Shown piece after piece: positions 46,928 through 57,079 of a DNA stretch of 64,000 nucleotides; the stretch's first letter is position 1, and each line of letters begins with the position of its first letter. Source of the DNA: Clostridiales bacterium (lineage in GTDB: Bacteria > Bacillota > Clostridia > Saccharofermentanales > Saccharofermentanaceae); assembly GCA_017513085.1 (NCBI GenBank), contig JAFWDK010000027.1, forward strand, positions 160,564 to 224,563. Reading direction: 5' to 3'. The notes below the pieces were generated by a model. That model saw only the letters and a list, made by a program, of their open reading frames with translations, was not told where the DNA came from and searched no databases. A program made the position numbers and the translations under genes.

Positions 46928-49900
46928 ATGAAGAAACGATGGCTGGTAACACTTTGCGCAGCAGCGCTCGCCGTTCCCGTCTCACTCAGTTTGCTCGGAA
47001 AACCCGTGCAGGCGGGGTATAATGACGACGGATCGGTCAACATCGATGAAACAAACTTTCCGGATCAGGCCTTTCGCGCATATCTTACGCAATTCGATAC
47101 GGACGACGATGACGTCTTCAGTAGCGCGGAGCTCAATACCGTTATGAATATATATGTCGGCGGCTCCCCGAAGGTACCCGGACAGATCAAGTCCTTACAG
47201 GGTATCGAATATTTCAAGGCACTCGAAGACCTGAATTGCTCGTACAACAGTATTACGGAACTGGACGTCAGCAAGAATGTCAATTTGCGGACCTTGAACT
47301 GCAGCTATAACAAGCTGACCGCGCTGGACGTCAGCAAGAATGTCAATTTGCAGACCTTGAATTGCGATAGCAATGCCATTTCTTCCCTCAATGTTTCTAT
47401 GCTAAAAGAACTGAAGGATTTTATCTGCAACAATAACAAGCTGACAAGCATCGACGTCAGCAAGAATACGAAGCTGGATTATTTCAGTATAAGCGGGAAT
47501 GCCCTTACCTCGCTCAACACACTCAAGAATACATCGCTCGGTGTACTCGTTTGCGGAGAGAACAAACTGTCTTCTCTGGATCTTTCCAAAAACACCGGCT
47601 TGTACGCCCTGTTCTGTAACGACAACAATCTCACGGAACTGGACGTATCCCCGTGCCCCGGCCTTTTCAAATTCCATTGCGAAAGGAACAAGCTCACTTC
47701 GCTGGATGTAAGCATGCAAAAAGACCTGGTCTACTTCGATTGTAGCGAAAACCTCATTGAAGGTACGATCAATCTCAAAAATACGCCTAACCTGGAAGAA
47801 GTCGTTTGTTTTAAGAACAAACTTGAGGGCCTGGATGTTTCCGGATGTAAAAACCTCAAGGAAGTCAGCTGCTACGAAAATCAGATCACGAATCTGAACA
47901 TTTCCGGCTGTAAATCCCTTGAGAATCTGTTCTGCCAGAAAAACCAGATCAAGTCTCTCGATCTTTCGAAATGCGAAGCTATGAAAGAGCTTCAGTGCCA
48001 CGAGAACCAGCTGACCGCGCTCGACGTCAGCGCATGCGAATCTTTGACCTCCCTCTATTGCTCCGACAACAAGTTAACTTCACTGGATGTCTCCGAGTGC
48101 CTGAGTCTCTTGACTGTTAGCTGTGGGGGAAATGAGCTTACTTCGTTGAAGCTTACCGAAGATAACGGCACGATCTATAGTCTCAAGATGGTCAGTTGCG
48201 AAAAGAACAAACTGACTTCTTTGCAATTCGATGGCTGCTATTTCCTTTCTGCCCTGGATTGTTCGACCAACCAGATCAGCCAGCTGGAATTCACGCCATG
48301 TATCTGCCTGCAAGGACTCTGGTGCTCTAACAATTCACTGACCTCGCTGGATCTGAGTAATAATGAAGAGCTTCTATTGCTGGAATGCTACAGCAATGCA
48401 CTGACTTCGCTGAACGTAAAAGGATGTGACAAACTGAAAGATCTGAAATGTTATGAGAACCAGATCAAGAAGCTGGATCTTACGACCAATCCTGCTCTGA
48501 CCCAGGTCGATTGCTCCAACAATCTTTTAACTGACATTTCATTTGGTTCATGCGATCAGCTGCAGATTCTGGAATGTTCAAAGAACAAATTGAGTGCGAT
48601 CCATACAGGAAACCTTCCTAATCTGGAAAAGCTCTATTGTGAAGATAACCAGATCTACGCCATGGATATCTCCATGAACGAACATCTGACAACACTGTAC
48701 TGTGGAAAGAATCAATTATCCGATCTTGATTTCTCTTTGAAAAATGATGAATACTCCCCCTTAAAGAACTGGAGATGCGAGGAAAACCTGTTCACATCTC
48801 TTGATGTTAGTAAGCTTAAGAATCTGGAGTCTCTGTATTGTCAAGGAAATCAGCTTACCTCTCTCAAGCTGAATGGTTATCTGAAAGAATTGGATTGTTC
48901 GAATAACAAGCTGACCACTCTGAATGTCTCCGGTACCCCGTATCTTTATGAACTGATCTGCTATGGAAACCAGATCAAAAATCTGGATATCTCCAAGTGC
49001 AACGTTCTTCTGAAAAACATCAAGAAATTCGGTCTGAAACACGATGCGGAAAATGATCACTACTATTGCCTCGCTCCGTCCGGCCAGCTGATCACAAGCG
49101 AGATCGATGCATTGGGTACGGATAAGGATTTCATACTGTTCGAAATCGATGTTTCCACCAAACTGAAGCCTTCTTCAATTGCTCCGACCACAACACCGAC
49201 GCCAACAGCAACTCCTACACCTACAGCAACACCTACAGTGACCCCTGTTCCCGACAACCCGACCGTAACACCAAAACCAGGTGATCCGACGCCTACGACT
49301 GCACCAGGCCAGCCAACACCTAAGCCGGGCGATCCGACACCAACGACCGCACCAGGTCAGCCGACACCTAAGCCGGGCGATCCGACACCAACGACCGCAC
49401 CAGGTCAGCCGACACCTAAGCCGGGTGATCCGACTCCGACACCGGTCCCGGAGAAGGAACCGTCTATCGCGGATTTCGTAGAGCGTCTCTACACGATCGC
49501 GTTGAACCGTGAATCCGAGCCGGAAGGAAAAGCTTTCTGGGTCAAGGAGATTGAAGATGGTAACCGTACCGGCGGTGACTGTGCTTACTTCTTCCTGATC
49601 GAAGCGCCGGAGTTCCAGAACCGTGGATTGAGTGACGAAGATTTCGTTGAGACACTTTATAAGACATTCTTCGACCGTGCTTCCGAAGCAAATGGTAAAG
49701 CATTCTGGGTAGGTCAGCTGAAGAATAAGACAATGACAAGAAATCAGGTCATCATGGGCTTCATCGACTCGAAGGAATGGTGCAATGTCTGCGCGACATA
49801 CGGAGTGAAATCCGGTGCGCCGACCGCGAAAGCGGAATTTGCTTCTAAGAATGCGATCAACTTCGCTACACGTCTTTACACCTGCTGCCTCGGAAGAAGC

Positions 49901-50209
49901 CCGGAAGAAGGCGGCCTGAAGTACTGGAGTTTGGCACTAACCAACCTCGAACAGACAGGCTGCTCGGCTGCAAAGTTGTTCTTTACCAGTGAAGAGTTCG
50001 TAAACTTCAAGCTCAAAGACGATGAGTATGTGAAGAGACTTTATACGACCTTTATGGACAGAGAGCCGGAAGCAGGCGAAGTTGCTTACTGGACAGGCGA
50101 GATCGCCAAGGGCACGCAAACACGAGATAGCGTACTTGCTTTCTTCGGACAGAGTGAAGAGTTCACGAACATCTGTAAGAAGTACGGTATCGATCGTGGC
50201 ACGATGTGA
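46928..50209 (+). CDS. Secreted Cys-containing LRR surface protein with a Pro/Thr linker and C-terminal DUF4214-type repeats
   Basis: Signal peptide, NFPD cap, many ~21-aa LxCxxNxLTxLD repeats, FVERLY...R..E..G..FW repeats. Confidence 0.92.
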   Translation: MKKRWLVTLCAAALAVPVSLSLLGKPVQAGYNDDGSVNIDETNFPDQAFRAYLTQFDTDDDDVFSSAELNTVMNIYVGGSPKVPGQIKSLQGIEYFKALEDLNCSYNSITELDVSKNVNLRTLNCSYNKLTALDVSKNVNLQTLNCDSNAISSLNVSMLKELKDFICNNNKLTSIDVSKNTKLDYFSISGNALTSLNTLKNTSLGVLVCGENKLSSLDLSKNTGLYALFCNDNNLTELDVSPCPGLFKFHCERNKLTSLDVSMQKDLVYFDCSENLIEGTINLKNTPNLEEVVCFKNKLEGLDVSGCKNLKEVSCYENQITNLNISGCKSLENLFCQKNQIKSLDLSKCEAMKELQCHENQLTALDVSACESLTSLYCSDNKLTSLDVSECLSLLTVSCGGNELTSLKLTEDNGTIYSLKMVSCEKNKLTSLQFDGCYFLSALDCSTNQISQLEFTPCICLQGLWCSNNSLTSLDLSNNEELLLLECYSNALTSLNVKGCDKLKDLKCYENQIKKLDLTTNPALTQVDCSNNLLTDISFGSCDQLQILECSKNKLSAIHTGNLPNLEKLYCEDNQIYAMDISMNEHLTTLYCGKNQLSDLDFSLKNDEYSPLKNWRCEENLFTSLDVSKLKNLESLYCQGNQLTSLKLNGYLKELDCSNNKLTTLNVSGTPYLYELICYGNQIKNLDISKCNVLLKNIKKFGLKHDAENDHYYCLAPSGQLITSEIDALGTDKDFILFEIDVSTKLKPSSIAPTTTPTPTATPTPTATPTVTPVPDNPTVTPKPGDPTPTTAPGQPTPKPGDPTPTTAPGQPTPKPGDPTPTTAPGQPTPKPGDPTPTPVPEKEPSIADFVERLYTIALNRESEPEGKAFWVKEIEDGNRTGGDCAYFFLIEAPEFQNRGLSDEDFVETLYKTFFDRASEANGKAFWVGQLKNKTMTRNQVIMGFIDSKEWCNVCATYGVKSGAPTAKAEFASKNAINFATRLYTCCLGRSPEEGGLKYWSLALTNLEQTGCSAAKLFFTSEEFVNFKLKDDEYVKRLYTTFMDREPEAGEVAYWTGEIAKGTQTRDSVLAFFGQSEEFTNICKKYGIDRGTM
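49280..49440 (+). repeat. 48-bp tandem repeat, about 3.3 copies, encoding GDPTPTTAPGQPTPKP
   Basis: Units read directly. Confidence 0.9.
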
Positions 50210-50370
50210 GCCGCAGAACTGATTCTTCGTCGCTGGTCCTCGGTGCTGCGCACCTGCGGAATCGCTTCTCAGAAAGCAGTTCTGCTTCGCGGAGAGGGGA
50301 GTGCAGGATTGCGGCTGTGATCAGATGGGATACAAGATAAGGGTATCCGATAAATAGATAAACAAAGTGA

Positions 50371-50406
50371 AGGGCGGGTTCCGGGTGACCGGAGCCCGCT
50401 CTTTTT
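50371..50406 (+). terminator. Rho-independent terminator
   Basis: AGGGCGGGTTCCGG / CCGGAGCCCGCTCT followed by a T tract. Confidence 0.8.
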
Positions 50407-50653
50407 CGCTTTGAGTGAGGGGTGTTCCCTTCTATTGGGATAAGATTGCCATTTCATCAGCAAACCGGACAGCAAGTCGCAACGATCTGCCGCGACCAGC
50501 CATCCCCGTCTACTCTCTTCCCGCAGATTCCCGGAGATTTCTCCGCCCGCAAACAAGAAGATATATGGCAAAAAGCAAAAGAGAGATGCCTCAAAATGGA
50601 GACATCCCTCTCATTGGTATTCATGTATCAGTAAAAAAGCTTAAAGATCCGGA

Positions 50654-51823
50654 TCAGTTGTACACAACGTTATAATCGCCGCTCTCGATTGCTGCCGTCA
50701 GTTGATCCGACATGCTGGTAAGCGCGATGTTTTTCTTCTGCTCATCCGATGCTTCCTTCTTGCCGACATAATACATAACGTGGTAACCGAACTTTGTCTT
50801 CACGATACCTGTGTCGCCTTCTTTATGATCAGCGAAACACCAGTCTTCAAACTCCTGCACCATTTCTCCACGCTGAACAGTATACTCCGCCACTTCCTTT
50901 GCCTCGCCGGCTGTTTTGGCTGCCTCAGCCTTTGTCTTCAGGTCATCATAAGACGTGATCGACGCAAGAAGAGTTTCCGCCTTCTTCTTCATCTCCGCCT
51001 GCTGGTCTTCCGGAATATCCGCACCGGTTGCATTGTCCATCGTCATATAGAGCACATGGTAAACCGTCGGGAGCTTATCCTCATCATTCTTGAATTGATA
51101 ATTCTCCACGAAATGCTTCTGAGCCAGGTTCGCCAGCTCGTAACGCTGAAGCGCCGTACGGAGAGCTTCTTGACTCGCTGTCGGACCATAGTAGGCCTTC
51201 AGCCAGTCTTCCAGGTTCATGTCATATTTCTTCGCGCTCTCTTCTGCCTGCTTGATCTCTTCATCGATCTGCTTGGTAAGCTCGTCAGTAAGCGTCAGGT
51301 TATGCTCCGCAGCATAAGCCGTCAGAAAAGCCTCGCCCTGAAGATCCGTCTCAACTGTCTGTCTGAGATAATCACGGATCGTCATATTATCAGAGATCTT
51401 GTAGTCCAGATTAATGAAATTGGCCTGCGTCATCATTTCCGGATTGGCCATAACAGAACTCGTCACACCGATATACTCGTTGGCATAGTAGAAGTTAAAA
51501 TCAAACTCCTTGTAAGAGATGCCGTGCACAGTACACTTCTTGCTCATCTCGTTGATAGCCGCCTGATCGTAGTTATCTTCAAACGTCATTCTGAGATTGA
51601 GGCTGCTCTCCGCAGTTCCCGCATTAGCAGAAGTCTCACCGGCACCTGTTGTGGTACTCGGATCCACAGCAGAACTGGACGTCACGTTCGGATCGATAGA
51701 AAGGCTGATCCCCGTGTCAGAAGTACTGCTCTCCGACTCATTTTTCTTCTTGCATCCTGCTCCAAAAGCACTGGCCATAACCATGCAAGCGAGCAAAACG
51801 GCACATATCTTCTTTGTTTTCAT
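50654..51823 (-). CDS. PrsA-like parvulin PPIase lipoprotein
   Basis: GAGC lipobox; HVL, GEMVQEFEDWCF, VKTKFGYHVM. Confidence 0.88.
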   Translation of the reverse strand: MKTKKICAVLLACMVMASAFGAGCKKKNESESSTSDTGISLSIDPNVTSSSAVDPSTTTGAGETSANAGTAESSLNLRMTFEDNYDQAAINEMSKKCTVHGISYKEFDFNFYYANEYIGVTSSVMANPEMMTQANFINLDYKISDNMTIRDYLRQTVETDLQGEAFLTAYAAEHNLTLTDELTKQIDEEIKQAEESAKKYDMNLEDWLKAYYGPTASQEALRTALQRYELANLAQKHFVENYQFKNDEDKLPTVYHVLYMTMDNATGADIPEDQQAEMKKKAETLLASITSYDDLKTKAEAAKTAGEAKEVAEYTVQRGEMVQEFEDWCFADHKEGDTGIVKTKFGYHVMYYVGKKEASDEQKKNIALTSMSDQLTAAIESGDYNVVYN

Positions 51824-51960
51824 GTTCTAGTTCCTTTCGTCAAGTGACCGTCCTTCGCGAAAATCCCATCAGAAGCCCGAAGCGCAAAAAACAGTCTGCT
51901 TCTTCATAACAGGGGAATTATAACACAGAAACTCTTAGGAAACACTATTTTTTCCGTCAC

Positions 51961-52725
51961 TTAAGCAAGATCGATATAAATCGGGCAGTGATCAGAGCCC
52001 ATAATATCCGAAAGCATCTCCGACTCTGCGATCCTGTCCTTGTGTGCCTCGTCTACGAAGAAATAGTCGATACGCCAGCCGACATTCCTGTCCCGGGCAA
52101 AAGTTTTGTACGACCACCAGGAATATTTCTCCGTGGCATCCGGGTAAAGCATACGGAAAGTATCGATCAGACCGGCTTCCCGGAAATGGTCCATATAGAC
52201 CCGCTCCTCCGGGAGAAAACCGGAGATCTTACTGTTCGCCTTCGGATTAGAAAGATCTATCTCCTTATGCGCCGTATTCACATCCCCGCAGACCAGGACC
52301 ATCCGCCCCTGTGCCATCTGCTTTTTCACCTTTTCCAGGAAACAGTCATAGAAACGAAGCTTAAAGTCCACTCTTTCCGGACCCTGCCCGCCATTCGGAA
52401 AATATATGTTGTAAAGGATAAAATCCCCGAAATCAAGTTCGATGGTCCGCCCCTCGTGGTCGAACTCATCCGTACCCAATCCATAAGAAACGGAAACGGG
52501 CTCTCTCTTGGAATAGACGGCCGTACCGGAATACCCCTTACGCTCTGCCGAGGAAAAATAGCTGCTGTATCCCGGAATATGGATCAAACTGTCATCCAGC
52601 TGGTCAACAGTCGCCTTCGTTTCCTGAATACATAAAACATCCGCATCCAATTGCGCCACCGTGTCCAGAAAACCCTTCTTCGCTACTGCCCGAAGACCGT
52701 TCACATTCCAACTAATTAACCGCAT
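51961..52725 (-). CDS. xth: Exodeoxyribonuclease III
   Basis: SWNVNGLRA, QETK, GDVN, GWRIDY, SDHCP. Confidence 0.96.
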   Translation of the reverse strand: MRLISWNVNGLRAVAKKGFLDTVAQLDADVLCIQETKATVDQLDDSLIHIPGYSSYFSSAERKGYSGTAVYSKREPVSVSYGLGTDEFDHEGRTIELDFGDFILYNIYFPNGGQGPERVDFKLRFYDCFLEKVKKQMAQGRMVLVCGDVNTAHKEIDLSNPKANSKISGFLPEERVYMDHFREAGLIDTFRMLYPDATEKYSWWSYKTFARDRNVGWRIDYFFVDEAHKDRIAESEMLSDIMGSDHCPIYIDLA

Positions 52726-52838
52726 GTTAACATTTCCTCGCTATTTCGTTTATCTTTCATGTGTATTATATCAAATAAACAGGAGAATTATGCCTTATAA
52801 TAGAATTAAGAATACTTTTGAGAACTGGGAGGTATTAG

Positions 52839-53834
52839 TTGATGGATAAGAAAAAGGTCCTTATGGTTTTCACGGGAGGTAGCATCTCTACCCGTCTTTC
52901 GAAAAAAGCACTGGAACTGGGCACCGCGCCGTATGCTGTGCTGGATGCGGCCGGGAAATTTGGAAAAGATTTCACGATCATCGAACCGGTGGACGTATGC
53001 TCCGAAAACTTCACACCTCCAATGTATAAAGTGCTTTTCGATGAGATCAAGAAAGCCTTGGACAAGGGTGATTATGGTTGTGTCCTGATCGCGCATGGCG
53101 CCAACACGATGGCGTATACCGCACAATTGGCAGAACTGCTTCTGTCCGGTTACAACATTCCGATCATTTTCTTCGGAAGCAAGATCGCGCCGACAGAGGA
53201 GGATTCGGACGCCGTCGCAAACCTCAAGGCCGCGTACACATTGGCTATGGAGATCGACAAAGGAGTCTATGTTGTCGGCAAGGCCGCTGACGGCAAGATC
53301 TACGTGCACTATGCCGCCTACATCATGAGCGCCAACAGAAAAACCGATGATTATGCCAGCTACAAGAACCGCGTTGCCGGTAAGATCACAGGCAAGAAGT
53401 TCGTGCCTTCCGAAGGTGTGGAAGCACCGGCTCCTGCCGCCAATGCCATGAAGAATCTTCGTGCGCTCAGCAAGCTCATGAGTTTACCGAAAGAGGATAC
53501 GATCCTGACGATCGATGCGCCGCTTTGCGTGAATTACGCAAACTTCAGCATTGCACGTTCCGACTTTAAGTATGTGCTTCAGAAACTCCATTATGATGGC
53601 ACGGTCAATACTCTTTCCGAAGACAATCCGTACTCTATCCTTTATCTGAAGAACGCATGCTCACATTACGACAAGCAAGTCTTTGTCGCACCGATCGACA
53701 GTAAGCTGGTCCCGAATCCGTCCACCAAGGCGATCCTTGACGCGAAGATCAAGCCATTATACGACATGCCGTTTGAAGCGGCCTGGGCGTATCTGATGCT
53801 CAGCACTTGGATCGGGAAGCTGATCAAAAAGTAA
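52839..53834 (+). CDS. Asparaginase-fold protein with altered catalytic motifs
   Basis: FTGGSI and HGANTMAYTA in place of TGGTI and HGTDT; SDAVANL. Confidence 0.8.
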   Translation: MMDKKKVLMVFTGGSISTRLSKKALELGTAPYAVLDAAGKFGKDFTIIEPVDVCSENFTPPMYKVLFDEIKKALDKGDYGCVLIAHGANTMAYTAQLAELLLSGYNIPIIFFGSKIAPTEEDSDAVANLKAAYTLAMEIDKGVYVVGKAADGKIYVHYAAYIMSANRKTDDYASYKNRVAGKITGKKFVPSEGVEAPAPAANAMKNLRALSKLMSLPKEDTILTIDAPLCVNYANFSIARSDFKYVLQKLHYDGTVNTLSEDNPYSILYLKNACSHYDKQVFVAPIDSKLVPNPSTKAILDAKIKPLYDMPFEAAWAYLMLSTWIGKLIKK

Positions 53835-53926
53835 TCTTTCTTCGTCTGAACTGTAAGATTATCCTTCCGGTTTTGTTATATACTGTGAAAGAATTATCAG
53901 TATTTGATAAGATCGGAAGGTTTTTT

Positions 53927-55570
53927 ATGTCAAAGTCAACGTTCAGAAATCTCATCACTATTCTTCTCGTTCCGGAACTTCTTTTCTCCGCCGGCACGCT
54001 TTGCGCCTGCAAGAAAAGCGAGCCTACGCCACCATTAACATCCATTGCACATATCGAGTATCCTGACACCGTGATCACATCCGTGATCTACCTGGCGGAC
54101 GACCCCTCCGAGAGTTCATCCGAAAATACCACGGCCACCGACCCTGAATGGCTCCCTTATAACACAAAACTGGTATCCTTCAACGCATCAAGAAGCTACG
54201 TTTTCGATAAAGGAGATCTGGTGGACGAAGACACAGAATGTCTTCTTCGCTTCATTCGCGATCCGAAGAATAAAGAAACGAATTACTTTTCCGTGAAGAT
54301 CACTTCCGAGACCGCTGCGAAATACCGTGAGTGGCTCAGGTGCTACGTCTCCCTGGAAGATTATTCAGAAGGGAAACTTGAAACTGTTTCCATCGGCGGA
54401 TTGGATTTCATTTCTTTTCAGAAAACAGCCTTTACCTCTTATGGAAATCTGGAAAAGATTATCTATTTTCACAGAGACGAACGATCCGGAATGAGTATTG
54501 TAATCAATTTGGGACCGCAAACTCCGGCGATCAAGGAGATCCTGTCCGATATCACTTTCACGCTTCCCGACTCCGGCCTGTCTGATCCGCCTTTTCCCTG
54601 GCAGCACGATACACCGGATATCGCTTCGACCGAAAACACGATTTCAGATTATAAGATTGCGTGTACACACCTTCCCTTTGATCCGCGCGTCTATACCAGC
54701 GGATCTTCCGACGGCATCGTCCCGATCTCCTATACTGCCGCCCAAGCCGGAGTCTCCGCTTCCTATCTGTACACGATCGACCTGAAGACCGACTCGCTTT
54801 TGATCTACCATATCGGTGAACAAGGACTGGAACTTGTCAGAACCACGCCACTTCCGGACAAGGGTGCTTTTGGTCCGGAAACAATAACCGGAACCGGAGA
54901 AGCCACGATCGAAAGAAAAATGGTCTCTAACAATTCAAACTACACTTTTCTGATTGAAAAAGGAGAAACAACAGATCTTATCCAGATATACAGCGATGTT
55001 GCCATAAGTCCGGATGACAGCATGCTGATCAAGTATGACTACAATGCGATCGATATTCAGAAACTCACCTACGAAGCTTCAACAGACGATATCTCCTCTG
55101 TTCCTTTCACCTTCGGGTTCCCTATTGAAGAGGCCAAGATCCTGGATATGAACATTTCGGAAAACTATATTCTGGTCATGGCCGCCGAGAAAACAAGCTC
55201 CTCGTACCATCAATATGTCTTCGACCACGACGGACGTTATCTGATGGAATTGAAAGACGAAAAAGGAGAAGCCGGCTCGATGGAAGATATCTATGAAGTC
55301 AGTGGCGGCTTCCTTGCACTGGACACGTTCCCGCTTCAGATCCGTATGTGGAAAGAAGACGGCACTTACCTTGGTTCGCTTAGTGAACAGGACCTGACCG
55401 GGCTTGAAGATTTAAACGATGATATCTTTCAGACGGCGTCTCTGAACCAGATCCGGAAGGTGAAAGACGAGAACGGCGAAAATACTGATCTCCTACTGGT
55501 CATGAGTCATTTTGATGAAGGCGTGCAAGAAGATCTCGCATTTAAGATCACCGTAAAAGCGCAAGCGTAA
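53927..55570 (+). CDS. Hypothetical lipoprotein
   Basis: GGAAGG RBS; LCAC lipobox; beta-rich C-terminal half. Confidence 0.75.
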   Translation: MSKSTFRNLITILLVPELLFSAGTLCACKKSEPTPPLTSIAHIEYPDTVITSVIYLADDPSESSSENTTATDPEWLPYNTKLVSFNASRSYVFDKGDLVDEDTECLLRFIRDPKNKETNYFSVKITSETAAKYREWLRCYVSLEDYSEGKLETVSIGGLDFISFQKTAFTSYGNLEKIIYFHRDERSGMSIVINLGPQTPAIKEILSDITFTLPDSGLSDPPFPWQHDTPDIASTENTISDYKIACTHLPFDPRVYTSGSSDGIVPISYTAAQAGVSASYLYTIDLKTDSLLIYHIGEQGLELVRTTPLPDKGAFGPETITGTGEATIERKMVSNNSNYTFLIEKGETTDLIQIYSDVAISPDDSMLIKYDYNAIDIQKLTYEASTDDISSVPFTFGFPIEEAKILDMNISENYILVMAAEKTSSSYHQYVFDHDGRYLMELKDEKGEAGSMEDIYEVSGGFLALDTFPLQIRMWKEDGTYLGSLSEQDLTGLEDLNDDIFQTASLNQIRKVKDENGENTDLLLVMSHFDEGVQEDLAFKITVKAQA

Positions 55571-55584
55571 AGAATGGATAAAGC

Positions 55585-55617
55585 ACGGGGCTGCCAGTTT
55601 ATGACAGCCCCGTTTTT
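55585..55617 (+). terminator. Rho-independent terminator
   Basis: ACGGGGCTGCCA / TGACAGCCCCGT followed by a T tract. Confidence 0.8.
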
Positions 55618-55633
55618 CATTTTTCGGACAAGG

Positions 55634-55772
55634 AAAAAGCTACCTTCCCGGTAGCTTCGTACTTATTATGAATGAACTGTGCAAATGGACGGTAAGCTAA
55701 AAAACCTCAAATAACAAACTCAATATTGGTTCCCCCGATTAGCTTTCCATAAAGAAGCAACTCCGTGCTTCT
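55634..55772 (-). ncRNA. Candidate stand-alone small RNA, about 140 nt
   Basis: TATAAT -10, two stems and its own terminator; no ORF. Confidence 0.45.
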
Positions 55773-55977
55773 GAAATCATTATATCTTTCTTGGCTTCAA
55801 AAGAAATAATAAATATGTAAACGCTAATCTAATAAAAGTGAAGACCGCTTCATATTTGCACACATTTTTGTCACAATTCCCAGAAATCTAGCAATTATGG
55901 CACTTTTCAAACACATTCTTCATTTTTCATATGAAAACGAATTCAAAAAACAGAAACAACCTCACCTCAAAATGAAG

Positions 55978-56012
55978 AAAAAGGACTTGCCAAATCTTTG
56001 GCAAGTCCTTCT
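55978..56012 (-). terminator. proB terminator
   Basis: AAGGACTTGCCAAA / TTTGGCAAGTCCTT with an upstream A tract. Confidence 0.85.
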
Positions 56013-56056
56013 ATCCAATCTGATTATTCCTTTTTGTTAACAAACCGGATCCCGGT

Positions 56057-56890
56057 TCACTTCTTCTGCCCATGCGGTACGAAAAGTGTGCCGAAATCCG
56101 CGCCTTCAAGGATGTCCTCCAGGATCTGCGGCTCCGAACCTTCCGCGATGACACCGCCGATTCCGTGGTCCATGAGCATATTCATTGCCAGGACCTTGGT
56201 CTGCATGCCGCCCGTGCCCAGTGCCGAACCCGCGCCACCTGCGCCGCCGATGAGATCATCGGTAACTTCGGTCACGACAGAAATGCGCTTGGCGTCAGGA
56301 TTCTCCTTCGGGTTGGAATCATAAAGACCGTCAATGTCGGAGAGGATGATCAGCAGATCCGCATTCACGACACGCGCAACCAGCGCAGACAATGTGTCAT
56401 TGTCTCCAAAAGTACCTGCGTGCGGCATCTCGGCTGTGGACACGGTGTCGTTCTCGTTTACGATCGGGAGGATACCCATGCCGATCAAAGATTCCATTGT
56501 GTTCGAAATATTGGCACGTGTAACCGGATCATCGATGCCATCCTTTGTCAGCAGGATCTGCGCCACTACTCGCGAATACTCCGCAAAGCAACGGCTATAC
56601 ACGTTCATGAGCTCGCACTGTCCAACCGCTGCAACAGCCTGCTTGTCAGCCATCTCACTCGGTCGTTCCGGCAGATCCAGACATCCCACGCCTACGCCGA
56701 TAGCACCGGAAGTGACCAGAATGACTTCGCGTCCGGAATTCATCAGATCGGTAATTGCGCGCGCAAGATGGTCAATGTTGCGGAGTTTCATACGTCCGTT
56801 GGGGTATGTGATCGAAGATGTACCTACCTTCACCACCACTCGCTTGGCCTTCGCAACAAGGCTTCTACCCTGCTTCTCTTCTTCGCTCAT
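56057..56890 (-). CDS. proB: Glutamate 5-kinase (no PUA domain)
   Basis: VVKVGTS, AAVGQ, NENDTV, FGDND, GTGGMQTK. Confidence 0.96.
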   Translation of the reverse strand: MSEEEKQGRSLVAKAKRVVVKVGTSSITYPNGRMKLRNIDHLARAITDLMNSGREVILVTSGAIGVGVGCLDLPERPSEMADKQAVAAVGQCELMNVYSRCFAEYSRVVAQILLTKDGIDDPVTRANISNTMESLIGMGILPIVNENDTVSTAEMPHAGTFGDNDTLSALVARVVNADLLIILSDIDGLYDSNPKENPDAKRISVVTEVTDDLIGGAGGAGSALGTGGMQTKVLAMNMLMDHGIGGVIAEGSEPQILEDILEGADFGTLFVPHGQKK

Positions 56891-57079
56891 CTCAATAATC
56901 CTCTTTCAAAAGCACTTTTGCCTGATTTTCAGTAACAATTAGAATAATCCCTTCGAAAAGAAAAAGCAAGGACAATGTAATCGGGGAGCATGTCGCAAAT
57001 CTTGATTTTGCACTTGGAATATCGCAAAATGATGATATTGTATTGTAATAGTATATAAAAGATACAAGGGGGTAGAGAA

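Noticed and set aside
9596-49440. Tandem repeats as CRISPR arrays
   Set aside because: They are in-frame coding repeats without unique spacers, and there are no cas genes in the window
55700-55745. GGGGGAACCA resembling a c-di-AMP (ydaO) riboswitch
   Set aside because: The downstream conserved riboswitch blocks are absent and there is no same-strand gene to regulate
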